A stretch of DNA of 64,000 nucleotides, taken from the IMG/VR virus record IMGVR_UViG_3300025012_000956, positions 1 through 64,000 of that record; one strand, 5' to 3'. This document shows positions 20,413 to 30,717 of this stretch, one piece after another (the stretch's first letter is position 1; every line of letters starts with the position of its first letter). The DNA comes from a virus. The notes beneath the pieces are model-generated. The model ran no database searches and was not told where the DNA came from. It saw nothing but the letters and a program-made list of their open reading frames with translations. A program made the translations under genes and the position numbers.

Positions 20413-23400
20413 TGTATACGAATATATATTATGATAGAGAGCGTAATAGAATATCCTTATGGGACGACAAATTTGGATATAGGTCATTCCCATATAAAAA
20501 ATATGCATATATAGAAGATGCTGAAGGTGACTTTTCTACCATCTTTGGTACTAAAGTGAAAAAAATTACAAGTTGGAATAATAATATGGAAGATAAATTA
20601 TATGAATCAGATTTATCTCCAGAGATGAGAACTTTAATAGATGTATATTATGATTCACCTGATAACTTATATCCAGACAATAATATTGTTATATTAGATA
20701 TTGAAGTTGAGACATCTCATTCGCTACCAGATGTATATAAGGCTGAAAATGCTGTTACTGGAATAAGTATTCATGAAAGCAAAAACGATAAATATTATTC
20801 TTTTATATTAGATCTTGATAATAAAATAGATGATAGTAAAATATTTACAGATTCAAAAGGGAATAATGTAATACTTAAAGCTTGTATTTCTGAAAGTCAG
20901 ATGCTTCAGGAATTCATAAATTTGATAGTATTAATTAAACCAACAATATTAACAGGATGGAACATAGAATTCTTTGATATACCATATTTAATTAATAGAA
21001 TAGCAGGTATGTTAGGTGAGGCGATTGTTAAAACATTGTCACCAATAAATATAATTAGATATTCCGAATTTAAAAAAAGATATATTATAGCAGGAATATC
21101 AATTATAGATTATTTAAGTATCTATAAAAAGTTTACATTCTCAGAAGAAGCATCATATAGGTTGGATTCAATAGCTAAGAAAGAAATTGGAAGAGGTAAA
21201 ACTGGATTTGATTGTTCTCTACAAGAATTATATGAAAAGGATATCCATAAATTTATTGAGTATAATATAAATGATGTTGAATTGGTTTTAGAAATAGATA
21301 AAAAGAAAAAATTTATAGATTTAGTAGTAGGTATTTCTCATAAAGGCAGGATTCCATATGAGGATATATTTTATTCTTCTCGTTATCTAGAAGGTGCAAT
21401 TTTATGTGATTTAAAATCTAAAAACTTAGTTGCACCAAATAAACCAAATAGAACTTTAACTAGAGATGTTAGTTTTATAGGTGCATATGTTAAAGATCCA
21501 AAAGTAGGATTTCATGAATGGGTGTTTGATTTAGATTTAACATCTTTATATCCATCAATTATTATGTCACTGAATATATCTCCTGAAACAAAGGTTGGTA
21601 AAATATTAGATTGGAATGCAAATGAATTTACAAGTAGAAAACAGAGAACTTGGAAAGTTTTTAATTTTATAAAAAATGTTGAAGCGGATGTAGATACTAA
21701 AGACTTATGGGATTTTTTAGAAGTTTCTAAATATTATATATCATCAAATGGAATTATCTACCAATCAACGCATCAAAGAGAAGGAGTTATTCCGAAAATA
21801 TTATCTAAGTGGTTCGATGAAAGAGTAGAATATAAAAATCTAATGAAGAAATTTGGTAAAGATAATAAAAAAGACAAGTATGATTTCTATGACAGACTCC
21901 AAAATATACAAAAAGTATTATTAAATTCACTCTATGGTGTACTAGGGTTACCTATTTTTAGATTTTATGATTTAGATAATGCCGCATCTGTTACGGAAAC
22001 AGGTAGATCTATTATAAAATTTTCCGAGAAAAAAGGAGATGAATATTTTAATAATGTTTTGAAAACTAATAATAATTATTGTTTAGCCGGAGACACCGAT
22101 TCTGTTGGAAAAGACAGTGTTATTGATACTAATTTATATGGTAAAATTACATTATTACAGTGTTTTGATAACTTAACTATTAGAGGAGAATGCGATATCT
22201 ATTCCGATATCTCTAACAGAAAATTTATATTCCCAGACAATTTAGTTTTACCCTACTATGATGAAGATAATAAAGAAATATCATATGGTAAGGTGAAATA
22301 TATTGAAAAACACATTATTAACAAGAGAATGTTTAGAATTAAAACAAAATCAGGTAAATTTGTAGACATTACAGAAGATCATTCTTTAATGATTTTAGAT
22401 GAATCGACTAAAAAATTAAAGGAAATCAAACCAAATAAATTAAAAAAAGGTGATAAAATTATTAAATTAAAGTATGACATAGATGAAGTAGACGAGATTA
22501 TAGATTTAGGAATAAAGAAAGAAGTTGTTTTTGATGTGGGCATGGATGATAGTCCACATACGTTTTTTGCAAATAATATTTTAGTACATAATTCAGTATA
22601 TTTCTCAGCATCTCCATTACTTAAATATTTATATCCTAATTTGGATTATTCAAATGAAAAACTTGCTACAGATGCAGTATCTCATATAGTTAGTGATGTA
22701 CAAAAGTATATAAATGATTCATATGATGACTTTGCTAAAGAAATATTAAATATAACGACAGGACATAGATTTAATATAAAACAAGAATTAATTTGTAAGT
22801 CTGGGTTATGGACTGCAAAGAAACGATATGCATTAAAGGTTGTAAATAGAGAAGGAATATTAGTTGATAAATTAGAAGTTAAGGGATTAGATACTGTGAG
22901 GTCTAGTTTTCCTCCAGCATTTAAAGGATTTTTAGAAAAAATGTTAATATCTATATTAGATAAAGAGTCACAGGATAAAATTGATGATGATATAGTTAAG
23001 ATGGAAAACAAATTGAATTCATTTACTATAAACGAAGTATCTAAAAATACCTCAATAACGGATATAGTAAAATATACAGATGAAGTAAGTGGTTATTATG
23101 CAGATAGAATATTTTCTGCTATAAAGAAAGCTACTCCTGCACATGTAAGAGCTGCAATTGCTTTTAATGATTTATTAAAGTATTATGGTTTAGATAATTC
23201 TATTAGTCCGATTAAAAATGGAGAAAAGATTAAGTGGTGTTATCTAAAAAATAATAATTTTGGTTTAGATAAGATTGCATTCAGAGGATATGATGATCCA
23301 AAGGAAATTTTAGATTTTGTAAATACATATATTGATAGGCAACGTATATATGAAAGTGAATTAAAATCTAAAATAGAAAATATATATGCAGCACTTCAGT

Positions 23401-23453
23401 GGAAATTTCCAAGTAGATACAAAAAGTTAGCTAAACAATTTTTCAATATTTAA
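20412..23453 (+). CDS. family B DNA polymerase with contiguous mini-intein
   Basis: DIEVET, TGWNIEFFDIPY, YNINDV, DLTSLYPSII, KVLLNSLYG, GDTD|S, KKRYA. Confidence 0.97.
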   Translation: MYTNIYYDRERNRISLWDDKFGYRSFPYKKYAYIEDAEGDFSTIFGTKVKKITSWNNNMEDKLYESDLSPEMRTLIDVYYDSPDNLYPDNNIVILDIEVETSHSLPDVYKAENAVTGISIHESKNDKYYSFILDLDNKIDDSKIFTDSKGNNVILKACISESQMLQEFINLIVLIKPTILTGWNIEFFDIPYLINRIAGMLGEAIVKTLSPINIIRYSEFKKRYIIAGISIIDYLSIYKKFTFSEEASYRLDSIAKKEIGRGKTGFDCSLQELYEKDIHKFIEYNINDVELVLEIDKKKKFIDLVVGISHKGRIPYEDIFYSSRYLEGAILCDLKSKNLVAPNKPNRTLTRDVSFIGAYVKDPKVGFHEWVFDLDLTSLYPSIIMSLNISPETKVGKILDWNANEFTSRKQRTWKVFNFIKNVEADVDTKDLWDFLEVSKYYISSNGIIYQSTHQREGVIPKILSKWFDERVEYKNLMKKFGKDNKKDKYDFYDRLQNIQKVLLNSLYGVLGLPIFRFYDLDNAASVTETGRSIIKFSEKKGDEYFNNVLKTNNNYCLAGDTDSVGKDSVIDTNLYGKITLLQCFDNLTIRGECDIYSDISNRKFIFPDNLVLPYYDEDNKEISYGKVKYIEKHIINKRMFRIKTKSGKFVDITEDHSLMILDESTKKLKEIKPNKLKKGDKIIKLKYDIDEVDEIIDLGIKKEVVFDVGMDDSPHTFFANNILVHNSVYFSASPLLKYLYPNLDYSNEKLATDAVSHIVSDVQKYINDSYDDFAKEILNITTGHRFNIKQELICKSGLWTAKKRYALKVVNREGILVDKLEVKGLDTVRSSFPPAFKGFLEKMLISILDKESQDKIDDDIVKMENKLNSFTINEVSKNTSITDIVKYTDEVSGYYADRIFSAIKKATPAHVRAAIAFNDLLKYYGLDNSISPIKNGEKIKWCYLKNNNFGLDKIAFRGYDDPKEILDFVNTYIDRQRIYESELKSKIENIYAALQWKFPSRYKKLAKQFFNI
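22101..22592 (+). other. 164-aa cis mini-intein in PolB motif C (GDTD|S), Ser1 / Ser+1
   Basis: SVGKDSVI...ITEDHS...VFDVGM...FFANNILVHN|SVYF; no endonuclease domain. Confidence 0.93.
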
Positions 23454-23465
23454 TCAGAGGTTATA

Positions 23466-24218
23466 ATGAATATTACTAAAAACAGATTATTAAGCTTTAT
23501 AAGAAAGTATAATCTAGGTGGAGAAGTCCAGACGGTTTTATGGACCATTAAAGATAATATATTAAATGTTAAATTTATAATAGATGATGAATCCCTTAGA
23601 GGAGAAGTTAACTGTGAGAATGTAGATCATGAGGATTTAGAATTCGTTATTTATGAAACAGATCCTTTAATAAAAATGCTTTCTGTTTTAGATGACAATA
23701 ATTTTGATGTAACAATATCTCCAATTGCGTTAAATTTTAAAGATGGTAATTCTAAACTTAAATATGTATTAGCAGATAAAAGTTTAGGTCGACGTGTAAA
23801 AAATGTAACTTATCCTAAAGATTTTATAACTATATATGAAACAGAAGATATATTAACAAAGTTTACAAAGGCACTTTCGTCTTTTACTAGGTGTGAAATT
23901 TTTGGAATAATTGCAGATGAATTAGAATCTAAAATAATATTTTCTATGAGAGAAGGTAGTACGGTTGATGTAGATGAAAGCAATTTGTCAGAACAAAAGA
24001 CTCATACATTTAATATTGATATAAAATCTGAAGAAGTTACTTTAGATATTCCTATGTTAAACTTTAATTCTAAAAGATTTAAATCTATAATTGACACTAA
24101 TAAGGGCTTTACAATGTGTAAAATTAAAATATTTAAAGTTGGAATGTTAGAATTAATATTTAAACATGAAGATGATAAAATAGATACAAATTATCAATTA
24201 GTAGCATTACAAAAATAA
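23466..24218 (+). CDS. sliding clamp (gp45/PCNA-like)
   Basis: 250 aa, acidic, beta-rich, lies between polymerase and clamp loader. Confidence 0.65.
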   Translation: MNITKNRLLSFIRKYNLGGEVQTVLWTIKDNILNVKFIIDDESLRGEVNCENVDHEDLEFVIYETDPLIKMLSVLDDNNFDVTISPIALNFKDGNSKLKYVLADKSLGRRVKNVTYPKDFITIYETEDILTKFTKALSSFTRCEIFGIIADELESKIIFSMREGSTVDVDESNLSEQKTHTFNIDIKSEEVTLDIPMLNFNSKRFKSIIDTNKGFTMCKIKIFKVGMLELIFKHEDDKIDTNYQLVALQK

Positions 24219-24226
24219 GGTGTATA

Positions 24227-24853
24227 ATGGAATTAAAAATTAATAGTCTGTTCGCAGAAAAATATAGACCTAATAATTTAGATGAATTTGTGGGTAATAA
24301 ACCCATTATAGATAAATTTAAATTATATATAAAAGAAAAGGATATACCTCATTTATTATTGGTTGGCCCACAGGGATGTGGAAAAACTTCCATCTCAAAA
24401 ATATTAGCAAAGACTATATCTCCAGATGACTATTTATATATAAATGCTTCTGATGAAAATAATATTGAAACCGTTAGAAACAAAATTAAAAATTTTGCTA
24501 TCTCTATTTCTATGAATAGTACAATAAAAATAATTATATTGGATGAATGTTTAGATGAGAATACTCCAGTTTCTGTTCTTAGATGCGGTAAAGAAGTTTT
24601 AATAAAAATTAAGGATTTAGATGATTCTGGAGATTTAGTGAAGTCTTTTAATATTAAGAAAAATAGAATAGAATATATGCCTTTTAATTTAATTGATAAA
24701 GGCATCAGCGATGATTGTTTAGAAATAGAATTAGAAACCGGTGAAATTGTTATATGTTCAAAAACACATGGATGGTATATTGAAAATGAGACCGGCGAAA
24801 TTATAATGGTTAAAGCATCTAATTTGAACAAACACATGCACATTATGACATAA
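24227..24853 (+). CDS. clamp-loader AAA+ subunit (gp44/RFC-like) N-fragment (107 aa) plus split-intein N-part (101 aa, 24548-24850)
   Basis: EKYRP, GPQGCGKT, INASDE, IIILDE|CLDENT...SKTH. Confidence 0.92.
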   Translation: MELKINSLFAEKYRPNNLDEFVGNKPIIDKFKLYIKEKDIPHLLLVGPQGCGKTSISKILAKTISPDDYLYINASDENNIETVRNKIKNFAISISMNSTIKIIILDECLDENTPVSVLRCGKEVLIKIKDLDDSGDLVKSFNIKKNRIEYMPFNLIDKGISDDCLEIELETGEIVICSKTHGWYIENETGEIIMVKASNLNKHMHIMT

Positions 24854-24910
24854 TTTTATACAAAGTGTGATTTTTCTAGATCATACCTATATATATAATT
24901 AAGAAACCTA

Positions 24911-26365
24911 TTGGAGAAAGATGTGTTTGTAAAAATATTAGGAAAAAAAATTGAATCAAATAGAAGTATAACAAATTTATTAAGAAATAAATTTAAAACT
25001 GTTGAAGTTGCATACTTATTGGAGCACGGTATGGATGCACCAAAGTGCAAATATTGTGGATTTAAGTGTATGTTTATTAGTTTTTTTAAAGGATATTTGG
25101 ATAGATGTAATTCAAATGAGTGTATACATAGAAGCGTTGTTGATTCCAATAAAATGTTGGGAAAGAAACGTGTTTTGAACAAGTTGAATAAGGACAGTGA
25201 TTTTTATAAATATATCATACAAAATTCAAATTTTTATATAAACAATTTTAAAAAGATAAATATAATAGAACCCTTTACAGGGATACGTACTGGAAAGCTA
25301 ACTCTACGATCCTTTTTACGAAGACGTATTTCTAAAGAATGTTTTTACACATATAAAGATTGTATATATTGTAATTCATCATTCTTAACAGATATTTTTA
25401 TTAATAGAAAATATTGTCATAATTCTAAATGTGTTGAAAAAGCACGTAGAAAATACATTATAAGTTCTAAACAGTTTACTCCTCAAGAGATAAACAATCT
25501 ATATCAGGTTTTTAGAATAGATGGAATATCTCATGTGGATGCGATGACTAAGATAAGAACCGAATATACATCGGACTATGTGTTAATTAATAAAATTTAC
25601 AAATATTATGACGATTACTCAATACTAAAAATTAAATACTTAACATGTCCAGTTACCGGGTTTATTATACCACTTAGATCAAGATCAAACATTTTAAAAA
25701 AACACTGCTTTATTCATAATATAGATATCAATTCATATATAGAAAAGTATTTTCCGAATTTCATCAGTAGGTGTTTATTATGTGCCGACTTTTCAGAAGT
25801 GAAATCAGATCTTATTAAAGAAACACATAAAAAGTTTTGTAACAGGGATCATTATTTACAATACAAAAAAATTAACCCCGATAAATATAGGTGTAGTGAT
25901 GATCAAAAGAATAAACAATCTAAAATAATTAAAAACTTAATTTTAAGTGGTAAATTTACTCCTAAGACTCAAAATAGGTTTACTCACTTTGAGCAAAAAA
26001 TAGTAATTAATAATATAGAGTATAAGTTTAGGAGTTCTTGGGAAGCTGCATTTTTTGTATCTAACAATATAAATTATGAAAAATCGTATGAGAAGTTGAG
26101 AATTTTATATCGTGATAAGCTTGGTAAATCCCACATATATATTTCTGATTTTTATTTACCAAACACTAATACATTATATGAATTAAAACCAAGAAATTTA
26201 TATAAAATACAAAAATATAAAATGAATGAGGTAATTAAATATTGTAAGACTAATAACATCAAATTTATATGGATTAATGAAGATAATTTATTAAATTTCT
26301 TAAACATTGAAATAGTAAAAAATTATCCAACTATTTTCGATAAGATTAAAGGAATAATAAAGTGA
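24911..26365 (+). CDS. Cys-rich putative homing endonuclease with C-terminal PD-(D/E)XK domain
   Basis: Several CxxC pairs; FRSSWE...YISDFYL...YELKP. Confidence 0.78.
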   Translation: MEKDVFVKILGKKIESNRSITNLLRNKFKTVEVAYLLEHGMDAPKCKYCGFKCMFISFFKGYLDRCNSNECIHRSVVDSNKMLGKKRVLNKLNKDSDFYKYIIQNSNFYINNFKKINIIEPFTGIRTGKLTLRSFLRRRISKECFYTYKDCIYCNSSFLTDIFINRKYCHNSKCVEKARRKYIISSKQFTPQEINNLYQVFRIDGISHVDAMTKIRTEYTSDYVLINKIYKYYDDYSILKIKYLTCPVTGFIIPLRSRSNILKKHCFIHNIDINSYIEKYFPNFISRCLLCADFSEVKSDLIKETHKKFCNRDHYLQYKKINPDKYRCSDDQKNKQSKIIKNLILSGKFTPKTQNRFTHFEQKIVINNIEYKFRSSWEAAFFVSNNINYEKSYEKLRILYRDKLGKSHIYISDFYLPNTNTLYELKPRNLYKIQKYKMNEVIKYCKTNNIKFIWINEDNLLNFLNIEIVKNYPTIFDKIKGIIK

Positions 26366-27105
26366 ATAAAATAAAAATAAAATCAATAAAAAATTACACA
26401 CAGCCCACTCACCTATATGATTTGCATGTATCATCGAATCATAATTTTTTTATCGGCGAAATGGGTACAATTCTCACTCACAACTGTGACTATATGACTC
26501 CTAATGCCCAGGCAGCGTTGAGAAATTTAATGGAAACTTATAGTAGACATACTAGATTTATCTTAACTGCTAATTATTATAATAGAATCTATGAACCTAT
26601 AATTTCTAGGTGTACAGTTTTTGAAATGGGACAAATGCCAAAACCGGATATGGCAAACAGAGTTGCAAACATTTTAGATATAGAAAAGGTAATATATAAA
26701 CCTGAGGATGTGGTTTTATTGATAAACTCTTTTTATCCGGATATGAGACAAATATTAAATGTAACCCAAAGATCAATTACAAATTGGAAACTTGAGGTAA
26801 ATAGTAATGAGATATTAGAATCAGATTATAGGTTGAAAATAATAGATATACTAAAAGATAAAAAGTTATTAAGTGAAACTAAATTTGCGAATATTAGAAA
26901 ATTAATAGCAAATCATCAGATAAAACAATTCACAGATGTGTATAGAATAATGTATGAAAATATAGATGATATTGCAAAAAATGTTTCAGATGTAATCTTA
27001 ATAATTGCAGAACAACAATATCAAGAATCATTTGTGATAGATAAGGAGATCTCCTTTATTGCATGTGTCGTGCGTATATTAAATAGTAATGATATGGAAA
27101 GATAA
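26362..27105 (+). CDS. split-intein C-part (41 aa, 26362-26484) plus clamp-loader C-fragment
   Basis: LYDLHVSSNHNFFIG...ILTHN|CDYMTPNAQAALRNLME, FILTANY, ISRC. Confidence 0.92.
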   Translation: MNKIKIKSIKNYTQPTHLYDLHVSSNHNFFIGEMGTILTHNCDYMTPNAQAALRNLMETYSRHTRFILTANYYNRIYEPIISRCTVFEMGQMPKPDMANRVANILDIEKVIYKPEDVVLLINSFYPDMRQILNVTQRSITNWKLEVNSNEILESDYRLKIIDILKDKKLLSETKFANIRKLIANHQIKQFTDVYRIMYENIDDIAKNVSDVILIIAEQQYQESFVIDKEISFIACVVRILNSNDMER

Positions 27106-27370
27106 TGTTTATTAAAAATGCCAGAAATTTTAAATATGATTATCTATGTCCTATATGTGGCGGAGATTTGATGTATTTAAGAGAATTAAATTTATGAGAA
27201 TATTCGATGGTAATTCTGTATTTGAATGTTCTAATAATAGAGAGCATAGATTTTGGAAAAATAGCAGAGAAGAACATGGTATTTTACATCTAAATAAGCA
27301 TGCTACACAGTTTCTGTTCCATTCTGATAAAGATTATGTTTGGAATGAAAGTGTGAGGGCGTGAGAATAA

Positions 27371-27601
27371 ATGGCGATATATGACTTTGTTTGTAATAAT
27401 TGCGGATCAGAAAGATTTGATGTACACACTGATTGGCAAACTGCACACTTTAATATGCCTAAATGTTCGATTTGTAAAATAGGGACATTAGTACCTAAGT
27501 TTCCAAGATCAACAACATTTAAATTGGTGGGTGACAATTGGAGTAAAGACGAATACGGAATTAAACCAATAAAACAGGAGAAAAATAATGAATGGAAATA
27601 A
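27371..27601 (+). CDS. FmdB-like zinc-ribbon protein
   Basis: MAIYDFVCNNCG...CSIC...FKLVGDNW. Confidence 0.7.
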   Translation: MAIYDFVCNNCGSERFDVHTDWQTAHFNMPKCSICKIGTLVPKFPRSTTFKLVGDNWSKDEYGIKPIKQEKNNEWK

Positions 27602-27845
27602 CAATCTAGGGAGAGACTTAAAATTAAATGTAGACTTAAGGACTGTTCCTAATTTAACATGTGAGTCATGTGGCAATGGTTTTTTTAAAACGGTTTTCGT
27701 TTTGAAGAGACTGTCTCCACTCATTACAGGACAACCAAAACCGGTAATAGTTCCAACTGAATTATTTGCATGTGAAAAGTGCGGTCATGTTAATGATGAA
27801 ATTAATCCATTCCGTGTAATAGAAGATGAAAAGCCAAAAGTCTAA
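27588..27845 (+). CDS. zinc-ribbon hypothetical protein
   Basis: CESCG...CEKCG. Confidence 0.65.
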   Translation: MNGNNNLGRDLKLNVDLRTVPNLTCESCGNGFFKTVFVLKRLSPLITGQPKPVIVPTELFACEKCGHVNDEINPFRVIEDEKPKV

Positions 27846-28236
27846 ACAGTTTTTCGATCATCTAAATCATTTGATGAAAATTCAGTCTAAGAATTACTGG
27901 TCTACGTTGTCTGAGGAGGAAAGAAAAACCTGGAGTACTTTTATGATTAATCGGTATTTATCTATGGACTACAATTTAATAGAGATTGTAGATATATTTC
28001 AAAAGTATACCCCACAACTATCTAACGAAATGGTTTATAGATTATATGCTGGCATTGTACCAAAGTCTAATAAATTTCTGAGGTATATCAAAAGAGATTC
28101 TAAAGATAAAATAGATAAAGATAATATAGAAAAAATTTCAATATATTATGGGTGTTCGCTGTCAGAAGCAGAACAATATTGTGAAATATTAACAAAAGAA
28201 GAAATTAAACAAATAACTAAAATGTTTGGAGGATAA
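27826..28236 (+). CDS. clamp-loader small subunit (gp62-like)
   Basis: FMINRYLSM...LY...PK...RYIK...YYGCS..EAEQY pattern; operon position. Confidence 0.65.
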   Translation: MKSQKSKQFFDHLNHLMKIQSKNYWSTLSEEERKTWSTFMINRYLSMDYNLIEIVDIFQKYTPQLSNEMVYRLYAGIVPKSNKFLRYIKRDSKDKIDKDNIEKISIYYGCSLSEAEQYCEILTKEEIKQITKMFGG

Positions 28237-28995
28237 AATGAGTGATGAAAAAACGAACAGTGGTAAATCAAACTTTATTAAAAAGTGGTTAATTAAGAAA
28301 TTTAATCTAACATTAAAGGGTGATACTTGTCAAGGAATTGCACCAAACATATCAGATTTTTCTTTAAATGATCGATATGTTTTTGACTTTAGAGCGGGTT
28401 ATTGGAGAGGAGAGTCTATTGGTATTAATCAAACACCTATGGCCGCGGGCAACACATCAGAGTATACTGGGCAAAAAACTATTAAAAAAATATTTGTTAA
28501 GCCTGTTGATGTTTTAAAAGAATTAGAGGAAAAACCTAGATTTTTTGAAACTGATAATTTAGAAGAAAAAATAGCAATGATGAATGATAGAAGAGAATTG
28601 ATAAAAGAATCATATTCTAGAAGAGAATTAGATGGTTTGGTCATGTGTCTAGAGAACAGAAAAAATATGACAGAGCATTTTTTGGTCAATTTACTACTAC
28701 TACTTTAGAAAAAATAAACAATCTATTAGAAACGTATGAATTAATAATGCAGTCTGCAGATTTATTTATTCTAGATTTTCCTAAAGAAGCAATAGATACA
28801 ATGAAATTATATAAAGATAAGGTAAAAGAATTATTAGATAAAGATGCTATTTTTTATGTTATAGCCACTAATAGTTCTTTTTCAAGTGTTACTAGTAAAA
28901 GAGATCCAATATTACTTGCACAGTCTCCATTTGGATTTTACTATGATATTTTAGGTGCGTGGGATGAAGAAATGTTAGTATTATCAAAATTATAA
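28226..28995 (+). CDS. hypothetical protein, frameshifted at the A6 run 28660-28665
   Basis: ORFs 28226-28708 and 28645-28995 join as ...CLENRKKYDRAFF... with one extra A. Confidence 0.6.
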
Positions 28996-29007
28996 GAGGA
29001 AAGTTAT

Positions 29008-29535
29008 ATGGGAAACAATTTATTTTTTACAAAGGTTAGAGATGTAAAATCACCTACACGTGGAACACCAGGCAGTGCCGGCATCGATTTCTATGTCCCA
29101 AAGTTTACTGAAAGTTTTATAACGGATCTTGTTAATAAAAATCCAGGTTATTATCACAGGCCAACTATTAATGGAATTGTTATGCATCCTCATGATAGAA
29201 TTTTAATTCCATCTGGAATTTGCGTTAGCATACCCCATGGGTATACTTTAATAGGTCACAATAAAAGTGGGGTAGCAAGTAAAAAAGGATTGGATATATT
29301 AGCAAGCGTTATTGACGAAGACTATCAATCTGAAATTCATTTAAATGTAGTAAATACGGGATTAACAATTCAGGATATACTTGAAGATGATAAGTTGCTT
29401 CAGTATATTTTAATTCCAGTTGTAATATCGGAAATATTGGAAATTCCTACATTGGAGGAATTATATCCTGTAAAAACAGATCGTGGAGTCGGTGGGTTTG
29501 GTTCGACGGATGAAAGAGATGAAAGAATTGTTTAA
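29008..29535 (+). CDS. dut: trimeric dUTPase
   Basis: SAGIDF, NKSG, VIDEDYQSEI, RGVGGFGST. Confidence 0.93.
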   Translation: MGNNLFFTKVRDVKSPTRGTPGSAGIDFYVPKFTESFITDLVNKNPGYYHRPTINGIVMHPHDRILIPSGICVSIPHGYTLIGHNKSGVASKKGLDILASVIDEDYQSEIHLNVVNTGLTIQDILEDDKLLQYILIPVVISEILEIPTLEELYPVKTDRGVGGFGSTDERDERIV

Positions 29536-30707
29536 TGAGATGGGCAACTATCATACCGTTAATAGGTGGACAATCAATAGGAACATACCAATTTCTAAAG
29601 GAGGAACCAGAGGTTATTGCTTCCTTTAGACAATTTAAAAATAACGAAAGGTATTTAAAGCAGTATTGGCCATCATTTAATTATAAGATACTTGACAAAA
29701 CTAATATTAATTTGAAATTAAAGAATATCGATTTTATAAATACTTTGTGTCCATGTGCAGGGTTATCAGAATTAAATAGTGGGAAAGACTCAGAGTTAGC
29801 TCGTGGAGTCGAAGCATTACAAAACAATTGGATGTATTTAACTGCAGAATATGTTCTGCAAAATGTTAAACCCAAGGTGTTTTATGGTGAGAATACAGAT
29901 AACTTATTTTCAGGCAAAATAGGATCAGAGATATCTGATAGGTTATATAAAATTGCTGTAGATAATGGTTATTCATTTTCGATGTTAAGAACAGATGCGA
30001 GATTTCACGGGCTTCCTCAGAAAAGAATTCGTACATTTTATTTTTTCTGGAATTCTAAACGAGCTCCTAGTATTCCTATTAATAGTTTAACCACCAATGA
30101 AGATTTAGGAATGTTTTTAGGAGAAGATTATTTAATAAATGAACAATTAAATAAGGCAACTGATAGATTAGTTAACAATATATATTATAAATATGTTATA
30201 AAAGAATTTGGTCAAGATTATAGATCTTTATATTCAGGAATTCCATTGACACTGATGGAGTTGATTGTTAAAAACAATAAGCTACTAGATTTTGAAATAT
30301 TTGTCAAAGATATTATGGACCAAAAAGTTTTATTGAAAATAGAAAAACATAAAAATAAGTTAGGTTATTGGGATGACTCACCAATAATAGTAAAAGATTA
30401 TACAAACTCGGCGACAAGTAGAAATATAAATACAATCCACCCTACAGAAGAAAGAATTTTAACCTTAGGTGAATGGATAAAAATTATGGGAATGCCACCA
30501 CAATTTCTAACATATTTATCAGATAGAAGAACTTCATACTTACACTTATTTCAAAATGTTCCAGTAGATGTTGCTAGAGATGTTGCTAGATATGTCGTAC
30601 AGTTTATAAATGGGGATTTAAGTTTTGCTAATACTGATTATGTTAAGCAAGACTGGGTTACCACAAAATTTGAAGATATAGGTAAATTTAAACATTCGTT
30701 TTTTTAA
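29535..30707 (+). CDS. DNA cytosine-C5 methyltransferase-like protein with deviant motif I
   Basis: IPLIGG (I), PCAGLS (IV), EN (VI), GLPQKRIRTF (VIII), HPTEERILT, QNVP (X). Confidence 0.8.
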   Translation: MRWATIIPLIGGQSIGTYQFLKEEPEVIASFRQFKNNERYLKQYWPSFNYKILDKTNINLKLKNIDFINTLCPCAGLSELNSGKDSELARGVEALQNNWMYLTAEYVLQNVKPKVFYGENTDNLFSGKIGSEISDRLYKIAVDNGYSFSMLRTDARFHGLPQKRIRTFYFFWNSKRAPSIPINSLTTNEDLGMFLGEDYLINEQLNKATDRLVNNIYYKYVIKEFGQDYRSLYSGIPLTLMELIVKNNKLLDFEIFVKDIMDQKVLLKIEKHKNKLGYWDDSPIIVKDYTNSATSRNINTIHPTEERILTLGEWIKIMGMPPQFLTYLSDRRTSYLHLFQNVPVDVARDVARYVVQFINGDLSFANTDYVKQDWVTTKFEDIGKFKHSFF

Positions 30708-30717
30708 GAGGTATAAT

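Noticed and set aside
6773-26361. Group I introns as the cause of the four gene interruptions
   Set aside because: The intervening DNA is almost entirely ORF with no room for a ribozyme core, and intein termini (C1...HN|S/C) explain each junction exactly
20412-27105. Archaeal or eukaryotic-virus origin suggested by PolB and the RFC-like loader
   Set aside because: gp32-, UvsX-, gp41-, gp62- and BGT-like genes with AGGAG RBSs fit a T4-like bacteriophage better; the host cannot be determined from this window
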